From assembly GCF_009914755.1 (NCBI RefSeq), contig NC_060939.1: 64,000 nucleotides of DNA; one strand, given 5' to 3'. Origin of the DNA: the human T2T-CHM13v2.0 reference genome, Homo sapiens. The translations under genes were made by a program, and so were the position numbers. This document shows, piece after piece, positions 30,749 through 46,459 of the stretch; positions within the stretch are counted from its first letter, which is position 1; each line of letters begins with the position of its first letter. The notes beneath the pieces were generated by a model. It did not search any database, was not told where the DNA came from, and saw only the letters and a list, made by a program, of their open reading frames with translations.

Positions 30749-32521
30749 CTGCCAAAAGAAAGAAAAATCTTTACTCCCTTGTAAAGGTAACTGAGATTTG
30801 AGGAGAAAATGATTAGGTATGGCAGATTTTACAAAGAACACACATTCTGGAGTCAGACAAATCAAAGTTTCTATCCTGGCTCTGCCCCACTTATTAGATG
30901 GTTACAACCTTAGGTAAATCATGTAACCTCAGAAGGCCTGACTTTCTTACCTGTAAAATGAGAATAAGAACACTACCTCAAAATGTGAAAAGAACTGAAA
31001 ATCTGTGATAACAGGTCTAGCATAAAGTAAGCAACAATAAATGGCAGCCATTATTCTGGTTATAATGGCTAGCCCAGTTCCAGGCACACAATAAACAGTG
31101 GATTGATATTAGCATTATCAGGAAGGAACCTAATAAGTTTAATTATTTCTCTTATCCCCATTTAATTCCCAGTTAAAAGGTTTTTATGTGACCAGACTTT
31201 ACTCTTTTCTCCTAAAAGTAGGTTTTGAAAGAGAAGATTTTCCTCATGTATGGAGAAAAACCTGTAGACTAAGAGACTGGAAAGACACATCAAAAAATTG
31301 TAACAAATGGATCTTATTTAGATCCTGATTCAAATCAAGAAATTGTAAAGAAAATTATGAGACAATCAGGGAAATCTAAACACTGAATATTTTCTATTAT
31401 TAAGTAAAAATCTTTTATTAAATAAAAAATCATAAGATACTGATATTGCAATTATGCTGAAAATAAAGAGTTCTTATCTTTTCAAGATACATGCTAAAAT
31501 ACTTACAAATGAAATAACAGTGTCTGATATTTGCTTCCAAACCTATCTGTGGTAGGGGAGAGGTGTAGTGGGGATAGAGAGGACATAGGATTGGCCTTGA
31601 GTTGATCAACTAAAGCTGGTGATGGGTAATAACACTTAATTCATTATGCAGTCTTTCTACTTTAATATATGCTTGCAACGTTCCAAATAAAAAGTTTTTT
31701 AAAGTTATGTCTATTTTATCTAATGATTGCTGGAGAAATAATAATATTAAAATAAGATGTTTTCTTATCTTTGTGTAAGGCCTTACAGTGCTTTCCTTGA
31801 CACACCTGTAAGATAGGACATAGGAATGTAGATAAATACCCATTTTGTAAATGTAGAATCAGAATCAGAAAAATGAAGCCATCTCCCCAGCTCATGTAGC
31901 TAAGAAGGAGGAAAGCTGCACCTTGAAGTGCAGCTCTTTGGACTCTGCATCGAGGAGTGTTTCCTGAACATTATCATTTCCCCTAAGCTAGACGACAGTC
32001 TTTCTTCATGGCTTGTTTTGATAGGAGAAAAAAGTAGGGTTCAATAGTCAAAAAGTTGAACCATAAAAATATCCAAAAGACATTTTACAAAATGAAAGTT
32101 GAAACTTTACTGCACTCATTTGATTTGCTAAGAGCATTTCCTTGGCTCCCTGGATTATCTTGTCCAAACAAAACCCACAAAATATAGGAGATGATAAGGC
32201 CAGCCAACCCACAAATGAAGCCAAAAGTGTGGGTGCTCCCCCGGTGTTTATTTCCCAAGCATCTATTGATTTCTCAGCTCCATCGGGCACGGTGCTGCGC
32301 ACACATGCGCTATGTCACATTTTTCTTTTCACAAGATTATGAAGCCGATGCTGTAATTAGTCCCTTCTTACAGACTGTTGCTAACAGCCAATATCCTAAA
32401 GGAAATTGAAGCTAAGAAAGATCATAAAACTTACGGAAGTTTGAGGAGTAATACTCAGATCCAAGAGTACAGCCAAGTCTCACATGTTTCTGGACAAATC
32501 CTACTCAGAGAAGCCCTAAAC

Positions 32522-32836
32522 CAGGGATTCTCAAAGTGTGTGCCAGAGAACCCTGAGGTCAGAATATTTTCAGAATATTACTAACACATTATTTGCTTTT
32601 TTTCCTGTCATTCTCTCACAAGCGAGGTCATGTGACATGTGATCACAGTATTGCTCTGAATGAAATTGCACTGATGAAACGCGCGCTTGTGTAGTCTCCT
32701 GTTTTATAAATATCTCAGTTTTCACTTCGAATACAGTAAATACCAATAGGTATAACACACACAAATGCTCTTTGGGATTTCCAAGAGTTTTTCAGAGACC
32801 AAGGGGTCTTGACACCAAAAAGTTGGAGAATTGCTG
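32522..32836. mobile_element. Charlie-type hAT DNA transposon remnant
   Basis: Ends cagggattctcaaagtg / aagttggagaattgctg; internal gaggtcagaatatttt. Confidence 0.65.
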
Positions 32837-34381
32837 CACTTCACTGAAAAGATGAATGATAATATCCTTGTCAATGTCATTTCACTAGTTTCACCTAAGA
32901 GTAAAACTTCTTTTATTTTTTTCCAGGAAAGAATGAGATAAACATAAACGTGGGGGGAGAGAAAACCCACTGAAAAACCATTCAGAAACGAATTGGTTGG
33001 GTAACAATGGTGATAGTGAAAGGAGGGACTGCAGGGTGCAGCCAGGGAGGAATGGGCAGAGTGGTGAGAGACACTGCTGGGGCCAGATGGGAGGCCTGTG
33101 GTGGGGACGCTGCATAGAGTGGGCCGTGGACTGCATGGATCAGATGAGGGTAAGGCCGCATCCACCCAGCCGGGGAGAGCCCTTTCTCCCACACTGAGGA
33201 GTTCTCCTACCTGGATACCTAAGGACTTGGTGTTCCTTCTTATTGCTAGGTGGAAATCTGTATTTTAAAATGAAAAAGTGGTCAGCTAATGTGGAATTTG
33301 ATTTTTTTTTTTAAAAAAAGGGCCCATTATGTATTAAAATCCTGAATGCTGTGGAATAGAGCACAAGGGTCACCATGAGAGAAAGTCACCAAGGAACAAA
33401 CACACTGAACCCAACGTGCCTGGGGGCTCATCCCTCTGGATGTTACAAAGGAATTTTTGCCTGTTGGAAAGTAATTTTAGGAGCTGGGGTTAAGAAATAA
33501 GCGCCCGGAGATTTTCAAAAGGCTTGAGGTTAGGTAACTCATGCTGTGATTTCTGTAGCACATCCCACAGCTGATTTTTAAAAAGCAGAGTCCCTGTACA
33601 ATTCAACATGGCACTAGGTTTAGTCTGTTTATCTAGTCCATAATAACTTTTAACTTAGAATAAACATGTGACATTGCTAAAGAATAAGATAAGGCTTAAA
33701 TTTTATTCATGGGCCCACTTACTGTGTCCTGAATATATTGCATAATTTCCTGCTTTGTGTCTTTGCTTTACTTGAAAATACTGCCTCAAACCTGCTTTCT
33801 TTTCTTTTGGCAACCTGACCCATTCTTCAAGGTCCAACCTATGTCTTCCCTTCTCTAGAAAGCCTTTCTTTAACTACTTCAGCCATGCTGATGCCATCAC
33901 CTCTAAATTCCCACGACACATCTAAACATGATGTTGTATCTGCTGGTGTACACTCCCACGTGCCACTGGGGTGGCGCGACAATAGATGTTGTGGTTTCGT
34001 GTGTGATAATCTGGCCTCCCTAATTCACTGTTTAAGGCCGGTAACCACCACTCACATGTTACCCCCCTCTTAAAATCTAGAACGCCACAAAATCTAGGAC
34101 AGTGCTATGCACAGAAAAGATACTAACCTGTACCTCTGCATTGCCTGACTGATTGATAAGGGTAACTCAAAATTCCCTTCTCCAGCCTGAACTCTGGAAG
34201 AATTTTAGCAGGCTTACTGACATGGCCAGATGCCCAAATATTACTCAATTTAAGGATCCTCTGCTTGCTGGGAGGTAAGCATCAGGTGCCAGGGGCAGTA
34301 TGATACAACAAGAAATAGTATCGGAATAGGAGTCAGAAGATCTGAATGCAACAGCCATTCAAACACCTAAGAGACCCTTAA

Positions 34382-34704
<323 letters not shown>

Positions 34705-35251
34705 ACCTCTACTAAAAATCCTGGGAAACCAAGAGGATGGGCTGTGCACCCTACAGGAGGGCTGGGGTCATGAGCCACGCCACACAGAGAGGCCTTCTCA
34801 GTGTTCTGAGAGGGAACACACGTCCTTGCAGACATTCTCTGCTCTTACAGTTGTGATGGTTGGATACAGGTGATAAAGTCTGGTGACTTAGGGCCAACCC
34901 TGACCCTAAGAAAAGAGAAACACCAGTTAAGACATTTTTATGATTTTTTCTGGGTTTCAGGCTGAGTACATAACATCTCCTGTTCATCTTAGAGAGTTCA
35001 TAGTGTGGGAGTCTGTCTGAATCTATTCTGGTTCGGGAGGCCCGATAAATAGAGTTCAGAGCTTACTTGATTTATAAAGGAGTGGAGGAAGCAGAGAAGG
35101 CAAATATGTGAGGAGCCTAAAACACCACATCAGTGGGTGACAGAGCTGGGTCTGAACCCTCCCTCTGCTGCTCCGGCAGTATTCTCTCTGCAAGGACCAC
35201 TCAGCTCCAGATAGGACGGCAGCATTCCTAAAGCTTGGCCCATCCTCCTTA

Positions 35252-35449
<198 letters not shown>

Positions 35450-36296
35450 TTACAAGAGCTTCGGTACTGGGGATGAGAGAAATTCTGTCATGAGACCTGG
35501 AGCCAGGGAATTTACCTCTTTTGCTTATGGAATCACATATATGCACACATACCAAAAAACAAAATGTTACTATCCCAGCTCTCTAAGTTACTGAGAAAGA
35601 TCAATTCTCCATACGCTGGCAGCAACCCGGCATTCAAGTTGCATGTGTGAGCTCACTTGTTCAGCTAAAATGTGCTTAGGACTTCCCAGGCGCCAGGTAG
35701 AGTAGCATAGTTTAAATCAAATCCAATAAAATCCAATCTCCTCATTTTTCCTATGGGGAACTGAAGCCCCAAGAAGTTCAGTGACTTGTCCAAAACCTAA
35801 AATTAGAAGCAAAGTGTGGACGAGAACTTAGGCTAGTGCATTTTGTTATTTCACATGATCTTTCTTACAGCTCCAGAAGATAATGCAGGAAAAACTCCAA
35901 CCAGTGTTAGCCATCCACTTTTACATTTAATTATATAGAGAGCCTATTTCAAACTAATCCAAAATAATTTCAATAACAAAAATAACAATTGCAAAATATG
36001 ATGATGATGATTGCTTCTCTTTTGGGAAGTAGAAGTTGTAGGCTATGATTTAAAATTGGAAACAATATGAATGATAGATCTGCTCAAATGTTACCAATTC
36101 GAAGGTCTCCCCAAGCCAGACAAGAAACATAAATGACCAAATGGACCAGGTCTGTTTCACAGTGGGATTTTAACATAGGCAAGTTTTGTACTTTAAACCT
36201 ATGGTAACCTTCTCCACGTCTACAAAGAAATATGCTCATAAAAAATGCCAGCCCTCTTGATTTCTTATTTCCCAAGTAAGAATAAGAAATATTTCT

Positions 36297-36593
36297 GGCT
36301 GGGTGTGGTGGTTCACGCCTGTAATCCCAGCACTTTGGGAGGCCGAGAAGGCGGTCAGGAGTTCGAGATCTGCCTGGCCAATATGGTGAAACCCCATCTC
36401 TACTAAAAATACAAAAATTAGCTGGGCGTGGTGGTGGGCTCCTGTGATCCCAGCTACTCAGGAGGCTGAGGCAGGAGACTTGCTGGAATCTTGGGGGCAG
36501 AGGTTGCAGTGAACCAAGATTGTGACACTGTACTCCAGCCTGGGCGACAGAGAAGGACTCCATCTCTAAATAAATAAATACATAAATAAATAA
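36297..36593 (+). mobile_element. Alu (AluS-type, small left-arm deletion)
   Basis: Dimer with (TAAA)n tail; TSD aagaaa(t/c)atttc. Confidence 0.94.
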
Positions 36594-39485
36594 AAGAAAC
36601 ATTTCCATTTCCTCTTAATTCTATTTTGTGAAAAATAAAATGGCATAAAACTGACCTTCAGCTTCAGTGCTGAGGAAAGAAGTGGGAGCCGTATGGATAC
36701 AGCAGGCAGAGAAGCACACATCATGTCCCAAAAGGCCAGGCATGACCAAGATCTGGCTGACGCTTCCAGAGAAAACGTGCAGACCCAGGATTTTGATGAG
36801 AAATCACTAGGTTTTTAAAAATGTTGACCAATCCCTCAAAGTAAATTTAAACCAATTGTGGATGAGTATTGTGAGGGCCAAATAAAGCCTGCCTGTGGGC
36901 CAGATGGCTGAATACCCAAAAGTCTGTGACCAGCCGGATAGCTTCTGCTAGATTATCTTATATGTTCCCTTGCAGGAAGGAAAGAACACTGCAGTGTCAA
37001 AGCAATCGGATATGGTAGGAAGGGCAGGAAGCTGAAAACAGAAGATCCAGTTCTGCTACCTCCTAGCTATGTAGGCGTAAGCACCGCACTTTGACCCCCA
37101 TGGAAAATGGGATATTAAGAGAATGTTTGCTACCCACCTCCGAGGGATGATTTGAGGACCAAGGGATTAGAATGTGCTAATGAAACTACTGAGTGCCGTG
37201 TCAGTGCTAGAGATTTTGATGACCAAACACAGAAAGGAAACCATGGACTACAAATCATTTAAGAAAAAAGTATTCCTTTACTTTTAACATAATTTGCAAA
37301 CACGAACAGACCCCCAACATGGAGAATACAATTCAAATTCTGTTGGCTGGTGCATAGCAGGACATATTCTGGCATGCTGCTGCACTACACTCTGTGTGCT
37401 CAGACCGAAGGGGCTCTGGGCCTAGCTTTACTATTTCAAGTGTTTTGCCATTCATTCATTTGAAAGGATTTAAAGAGTCTCTAAGCACTGGTGCCAGGCA
37501 CCATCTAGGTGTGGGAGATTCAGTAGTGAGCAAAACAAACTAAAGTCCTTGTCTTTATTCTGGAATATTCTCAGACCTTAGAACAACTCAATTTTATTCT
37601 CCCATGACTTCTGCAAATAATTGCCCAATGAATTATTAATAAACATATATAGAAGACAGTAACTGTTTATGAGTCGAAGCTTTTTTTTTCTATTTTGGAG
37701 TACAGAAGAATCTAGTTGGAAGTCAGTCTTGTCAATACTGGCCTCATGCACTATGATATTATTAAGAGAGAAAACTCCTTGCAAACAAAAGTGTCTAAAA
37801 GTGTTTTCTTGAATTAATGTGTGAAACATGAAGCATTTATTGACCATCTGTAATGACCAGAAAATAGTGCAAGATGTCATGGGAACAAAAACAAGCATGA
37901 TTAAGAAACAAAGTGACAATTCCCTTGAGTGAGGAAGACATGCTTAAACACGCTCCTTTGGAAGTCAGTGCATGACAGGCACAAAGTTAATGGTACAAAT
38001 AATAATAGCTGACCTTTACTGAGCATCTACTATGTGCCAAGCACTATTCTAAGCACTTTATATGTATTAACTCAATTTGATCCTCACAAGAGCCCTATGA
38101 GATAAGCAATATAATTATGCTCAATTCACAGAAGAGGAAACTGAGGCATGGGAAGTTTAATCTGTCCATCTCCACACAGAAAGTCGGTGACAGAGCCAGG
38201 CTCTAACCTTACATGGTCTGTCCTCACAATTTGTATTTTTAGCCTCTACACTACCTATTGCTGTGAACATTCAGAAGTGGGTTGGAACATGCAGGAAAGG
38301 TCTCTCTCAGACACAGCCTCAAGGAGAGGTCGAATGGCCTAAAGGAGGAGTGCTGAGTGGGGCCAAGAGACCTGGCCTCTGGACTGAAAAGGGAACCCTC
38401 TGTGCCAGTAGAGGAGTCACCCTACCTCTTTGGCTCTCACATGTCTTCCCTGTACAATAAATAGCACTAGAAGAGGTTTTTGCTCTAAAAATGTTTGAAT
38501 CTATGAATGACTCAAGCTAGCACACTGGAATACCTTTATTGAATGTAGTAACTGGCTTGAGTTCAGTCTCACAGTGCCACGTTTTCTTCAGATCTCTTCC
38601 AGAACTTACTTGCTCTGCATCAGTTCATATATATATAATTATTTTTTATTTTGCTAAGGAAAGGGCTAGATAATAAGTTCCACTGTTACTACACGTTACC
38701 TATAGCACTATAATTGATCTGTTGGTCAGAGTTGTTGGTCTTACCCCAAACATCTGGAAGTTGTTCTTGATATGCACACATACACACGTTATCAGACACA
38801 CAACTGCATAGATACAATCATAAGAGAACTGTGCAATATCACAGACCAAAACTCTCACTGAGGCTCATGTGTATAGTATTTTAGGCCTCATCAATACCAT
38901 GTTATGCCCTTCTGTGCTAACCAGCCCACAGTAGATGTCATATGCATGGAAGTGTTTTGTTTTCCTGGTGCAGCCTATAGCTGCTGAAGAAGCATCCTTG
39001 GGTCTGTGTACTCCATTGTTTCAATCAAGTCAGGTGTTATCTACAAATATTACCAATGCAATATTCTACTGTTTAGGTTTTGAATACTTTTTTTTAGTGG
39101 TAATACCCTAATCTTGAATCAGTACAAAACTGTTTTTCATCCACCCAGCAACTTGTCTTATTACCTCAGCCATAATTAAGCAAAGTGCTATCTGCATGAC
39201 ACTGGCCAGGTTAATGTGGTAGGTATGGTGAGACGAGTTTGTTTCTGTATCTGCAATTGCTATTAAGTCATGAACTCTGTCCTCCTGTATTACATTCTAT
39301 CTTCCTAAGTCCTAGTGCTTTTAGGCTATGGACATTTTGCTGGCCAAATTATTGTTATCTTGATATACTATACGAATACTGCCTCAGTTTTTTAATCTCA
39401 GAGCAATATAATTTAGGAATCTTATATTCCTTCACCTTTTTGGTTCAATAGATGAAGCTAACACTTCGGGGGTGATATATAACTG

Positions 39486-39778
<293 letters not shown>

Positions 39779-41520
39779 ACTTTTTTTTTCCTTCTTACTG
39801 GATGCAAATGTCAAAATTCTGTCTTTATTAAACCATACTGTAATGTCAGTTGAGTTAGAATAATTACTATAAACACAGCACCAGTCTTTAAAATATATTT
39901 TTAACATTCCATTTACAGATAAAGAACTCACTGTAGCATGGTGGAAAGGTCACTGGACTGGAAGTATGGGCCAGGTTCTAGCTTTTGATTCAGCCACTCA
40001 TTAGCCGAACGACCACTCATTTTCCTTTGGCTGGGCCTTAAGTTTCCTCATCTTAATCATGAAAAAGAAAGACTACCACCCTATAAACCTTTTCAGCTAT
40101 CCTTAGTTTTCCTTTGGCCATTTTTTCTCCATAGCAGAGAAGCTTGGTAAGGACCAAATTTTCTAGATAATTTTAAATATTCTGAAAAGCTGACTAGAAG
40201 CTCTTAGCAATAGCAAGGATAGCAACGAATTGGTATTATAGCACTGTTCTTCCCATTTTATACAAAGTATTACTAAAGTTAGTTGTTCCCAAACAAAGAA
40301 GGATAATAAAGGACCCAGAAAGAGCCCTATCTTTTTTTAAACACAGCTAAATAATTTCCCATTTGAAACATATAAAGGGATGCTTAGGTATTATTATCAC
40401 CAGTGGTAACAAAAGGATTTAGATGAATGATGGCAGTCATTTAAAGCACATGGGAATAAAAAACATATAAAGATGGCTTGTCAGACTATTCCTAGGTTAC
40501 AAAAGCAGTCAAATACAGGAGCTGAGGGCAGAACAAGTTAGAGCCAGCTCTCACTTGCTATGAGCAATTCTGGACACCATATCTCACGCGAGGTGGTCAA
40601 ACCTCAATGTGCTTTCATGTGCAGAGAAACCACGAGGAACAAATTAGAGCAATTGTCATAGTAGAGGCAACTTAATTCAGGAAATAAAGTTCAGGACCCT
40701 CAGAAATCTATTTATCCTAGAACTGTGTTAGCATATGTACTTGATTTTTAAAATTACTGGGGATAGCTGTTTGTATTCATCATAGAGGTTGTATCACTTT
40801 TGGAGAAGTTTTGTTTCATCTGTCATTTTAACTGTGGAAATATAACAAAACTGGAGTGAACACTAGACTTACTTAGACATTATTTTTTTAACTATTAGAT
40901 TAAAAACTTTTTCTTTTTTCTTTTTCTGAATGTATTTAAGCATGCAGTGCACTACAACGTAAATGAAGGAAACTTTATATTGTGAAGAGAACTGTGACTC
41001 TTAGAAATTGTCTCTGGAGAATAGTCGGGGCACAGCATATTTCTGAGTATGTTGAGGCTTTGAATAAAATAACAGTCCTACTCATGAAAGCGACCCCAAT
41101 GAACATTTTCATAATGTGTGTAATGTATTTTGATGATGCCACAATCATCAAAATTGTCAGATATGGGCTTCTCTGCCCTAACAATTATATTTCTTCATCT
41201 GTATACTTTGTATATATTTGACCATTAAAAATTAAATATTGACCTTTATTCCCAAATTATGGCACTGATCATTAGTGCTCTACACTATAGTTAAATACAA
41301 TAGTTCAACTGTTAATATTTGTTATTTTATATTATCATATGTATCACACTTGGGATGTTCTAAACCTGTCAACAGAACAAAGAAACAATAAATCCAAGTG
41401 AATCCAGATCATTTGCTGGTCAACTAGAATAGATTTCTTGCACACACAAGGTAAGCTATAGATAATTGAACCATTAAGAAAGAAGATTTTTAAGTCGAAA
41501 AGCAAAGAATTTGTACTTAC

Positions 41521-41635
41521 TTGCAATGGTTGCCTTGTGGAATGTTTGAAAAAATTCTCTAAGACAGTATTTGGTGTAACCTTTCGAACTGTCTCTTTAA
41601 TGCCAAATGATTTTGCTAGAGGTGAAGCAACAAAT
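41521..41635 (-). CDS. CERS3: CERS3 coding exon 2 ([13 protein letters not shown]...STRQPLQ), 115 nt
   Basis: Acceptor ttttgtag|A completes the Lys codon; donor CAA|gtaagt; phase 2 in, 0 out. Confidence 0.97.
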
Positions 41636-42596
41636 CTACAAAAATATGAAAAGAAAAAAAGTTCAAAATCTAAGAATAAATCCACGATGACACCAGAAAA
41701 TTAAAGCTGTAACTTCAGGTTTCTAATGAAATCAGTCATTTGTTTATGTTGACACTGGGGCTACGTACAGCCAAAATCTGTCTCTCAAAACAGAAAAGTT
41801 TCAGTCCATACAAAAAAGCAATGATTAAAAAAAAAACACTTGCACAATTCTAAAATGCATTTTATGTTAATCCAAACATATTTATAGATAAGATTTAGGA
41901 ATTAGAATAAGCTGTTCTACTTAGAATTTTAAAGACTCCCGGGGATTAAAATAAATAGGAATTTTGTTAGAAAATGTTTTATTTGGTGTTATTATCTTAA
42001 AGAAATTACTACATTCCCATTTCAAGTTCTAACATATGAAAAAATGGCACAACTCTAGGGCAAATACGTAATAATAGGATTGACGGGTGGTAGGGCAATT
42101 ATACATTTAACTTTATAAAAAACTGGCAAGTTGTTTTCCAAAGTGACTGTACTATATTGCATTCCCACCAATAATTTGTCAGAGTTCCAGTTAGCCCATA
42201 TCCCTGCCAACACATGGTACTGTCAGCATTGGCAATTCTACTGGGTGTGTAGTGGTTTTTGTTGATTTTCCACTATAATCTTTATTATTTCCTATCTTCT
42301 ACTTGCTTTAAATTTAGATTGATTTTATTTTTCTAGTCCGTTAAGGTGGAACTTTACATTATTGATTTGAGGTCTTTCTTCATTTTAAATATAGGTGTTT
42401 GCAGCTGTAAGTTTCCCTTCAAACACTGCTATTGCTGTATTCTATTAAGTTTTAGTATGGCATTTTCTTTTTCATTCATCTCAAGTATTTGCAAATTTAC
42501 CTTGTGATTTCTTCCCTGACTGGTTGGTTATTTAGAAATATGTTATCTAATTTACATGTATTTGTTAATTTCTTGATTTCTTTCTGTTATTGATTT

Positions 42597-42728
42597 CTTT
42601 TTTTTTTTTAAGAGATGAGGGTTTTGCTATGTTGCCCAGGCTGGTCTCCAACTCCTAGTCTTAAGTGATCCTCCTGTCTCAGCCACCCGAAGTGTTGGGA
42701 TTACAGACATGAGCCACTGTGCCTGGCT
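42597..42728 (-). mobile_element. Alu left monomer (FLAM_C-like)
   Basis: Single arm; TSD tgttattgatttct on both sides. Confidence 0.88.
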
Positions 42729-44826
42729 GTTATTGATTTCTAATTTTATTTCATTGTGGTTGGAAAACATACTTTCTATCTAAATCCTTTCACATTTATT
42801 GAGACTTGTTTTGTAGCCTAATATGTAATCATGCTGGAGAATGTTTTTTGTGCATGTGAGAAGAATGTGTATTCTGGTGTTGTTGAGTAGAGTGTTCTAT
42901 AGATGTTTGTTACGTCTAGCTGGTTTACAATATTGTTCAAGTCTTCTATTTCCCTGTTGATAATCTTCTGCCTAGCTGTTCTATCAATTATTGAAAGTGA
43001 GTATTGAAGTTTACAACTATTATTGTTGACTTGCCTGATTGCCCTTTAATTCTGTCAGTTTTTACTCCACGTATTTTGGAACTCTGTTGCTAAGTGTGTA
43101 TATGTTTACAATTGTTATATCATCTGGACAGATTTACCCTTTTATTATTATAAAATGTCCTTTGTCTGCAGTAACAATTCTGAAATCTATTAAATTACAT
43201 TTTGTCTGATATTAGTACAGCTACTCCAGTCCTCTTTTAGTTACTGTTTGCATGGTATATCTTTTTCCATCCTTTTACATTCAAACTATTTGTGTCTTTA
43301 AACAAACAGGTGTCTTTTGTGGACAACATATAGTTGGATCGTGTTTTCCTAACTATTTTATCTATGCCTTTAATTATTTAATCCATTTACATTTAAAGTA
43401 ATTCCTGATAAAATAGGATTTATGTCTGCCATTTTGCTATTTGTTTTCTATACATCTTATGCCCTTTTGTTTATTTGTCCATCACTACCTTATTTTGTGT
43501 TAAATAGATATTTTCTGATGGACCATTTTAATTTTCTTGTCTTTTTGGTTTTTTACTATTTTAAAAGTTATTTGCTTAGTGATTCACTTGGGGATTATAA
43601 CTGACATATTAATTTATAACATCTTACTTCAGATTAATATCAAATTAATTTCAATAGGGTTAAAAAACTCCATTCCCCGTCCCCTTCTTTGTGCTCTTGT
43701 CTCACAAATTACATCTTTATAAATTGTGTTCTGATCAACACAGATTTAGATTATTGTTTTATACAATTGCCTTTTAAATCAGATAGGAGAAAGTGTTAAA
43801 AACAAAAAATATGCTTATACTATCATTTTATTTTCTTATGTAGTTACTTTTACTGGTGCTATTTCTTCATGTGGATTTGAGTTACTATCTTGTGTACTCT
43901 CATTTCAGTCTGAAGGACTTCCTTTCAAACTTTTTGTATGCTAGGCCCACTAGTAATGAATTCTCTTGGTTTTTGTTTATTTGAGAATGTCTTAATTTCT
44001 CTTTCATTTTGAAGGAGAGTTTTGTTTGGTTCACAGTGTTTTTCTTTCAGCACTTTTTATGTGTCATTCCGCCGCCTTTGGCCTACATAGATGCTGATGA
44101 GAAATCGATTCCTAATCATAATGAGAATTCCTTGTATGTGATGAGTTGTTCCACTCTTGCTGCCTTCAAGATTCTTTCTTTTTGGCTTTTGACAAGTTGA
44201 TTATGACATATGTAGATGTAGTTCTCTTTAAATGTATCATACTGGGAGTTTGTTTAGCTTTTTGGATATGCAGATTCAGAATTCAGGGAAATTTTCGGCC
44301 ATTTATTTCTTCACATTTTTGGGGTCCTATTTATTCTCTTCTCTCCTTCTGGAATTCCCATTATGTGTATGTTGGTATTCAAGTCTCTAAGACTATTTTT
44401 CTTCATTCTCTTTTATTTTGCTGTTCCTCACACTGCTGACTCTTTCTTATGCCTGCTCAAATATGCTATTGAGCCTCTCTCATGAAATTTTGATTTCAGT
44501 CATTGTAGTTTTCAACCCTAGAACTTCTATTTGGTTCTTTGTTATAATTTATAGTTTCAATTACTTTATTGATGTTCTTGATTTGGTGAGACATTGTTTT
44601 CATGCTTTCCTTTAGATCTTAAGCATGTTTTTCTCCAGTTCTTTGAACATATTTAAAATAGTTGACTTAAAGACTCTAATAAGTCCACTATCTAGGCTTT
44701 CTCAGAAACACTTGCAATAATTGCTATATTTCCTGTGTATAGTGCATAATTTTTTGTTTCTTTCCATGTCTCATAAGTTTTTGTTGAAAATTGGACATGT
44801 TAAATACTATAAGGTGGCAACTATAA

Positions 44827-45212
<386 letters not shown>

Positions 45213-46459
45213 GCTTAGTCACCTTTTTTGAATTAATCTGTAAAGTCTTCTTTGTGATGTGTGAGCGCTGAAGGCTTTATTAGGTTAGCTTAGTGGTCAG
45301 CTAATGATTAGACAGAGATTTCCTTAAATGCTTAGAACCAATAAGTCTCTCAGTCTTTCCTGAGGAGCTCTGTGCATATGTTGGAGCACACCTTCAACAT
45401 TTAGCTAGGCAGTAAGCAACTCTGCCTTAGCCTTCACTTAATGTTTGCACAGAGCCTAAAGGTCATTCAGAGGTGAGAGCTTATGGCCTTCCCAGGTCTT
45501 TCCTGAGCATGCAGATAGCCATGAACATGCATTAACCCTTACACAGGTCTTCTAGATTTCCAAGAACATGTTGGAGTTTTTCAAAGCCTTCAATGCACAT
45601 CTCATGTTCTAGGTTTTCCTTTAAAGCTTTTTGGTCATTTTATTGTTTGCCCTAATTGTTATCCACTGTCTTAGACAGTTATGAAGTTAATCAATTGCCT
45701 CTAATTGTTTTAGAGAAACACCCTCAGGGAAAAGGCTTTTTCACTGGGTGAGTGCTGAGTCAGGTCAGATAAAGACAGCATTGTGAGTAGTGTCTTCCAG
45801 AGAACCATCAGACAGGTCAGATAGTGACAGTCCCCTGATAATGAGCTTTGAAGGAGCTTCTACTCTGTTCTGCTCCTTTCAGTGGCAGCCAGGTTGCTAG
45901 TTTCCACTGTAATTGTGGGCCATTGGTTCTTCAAGGCTATCCAGAGATGGAGAGGGCAAGATGGGAACAGGGCAAGTTAAAAATGTCACACAGCTTGCTA
46001 TTCCTTCCAAGAATCTGCTGTTTTTCTTAAATAACAACTCCTACATCCCTGTAAGCCTTTGGCTGATTCTCAATTCTGAAAAAAACTGACTGTGACAATT
46101 TTTGCTAGTTTTCTGGTTGCTTTTATGGAAGAAAGAATTTTCAGAGGTTCTTACTCTGACATTTTTGCTAATCCAGTGCATTGTGGTTTTAATTTATATT
46201 TTCCTAATGACTAATAATGTTGAGCATCTTTCCATGTGCTTGTTTTCTATTTGTATATCTTATTTGATGAAGTATTTGCTCAAATCTTTTGCCTATTTTT
46301 AAAACCAAGTTATTTCTTTTTATTATTGAGTTCTGAGTTATTTATATATTCTGAATTTAAGTCCTTTATCAGATATATGTTTTACATATAATTTCTCCCA
46401 GTCTGTGGCTTGCCTTTTTATTTTATTTACAGTAATGTTTCCTAAAAAGATAACTAGTA

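Noticed and set aside
36084-36608. 174-aa ORF and the many similar Alu ORFs ([15 protein letters not shown])
   Set aside because: Standard antisense-Alu translations, no splice or coding support.
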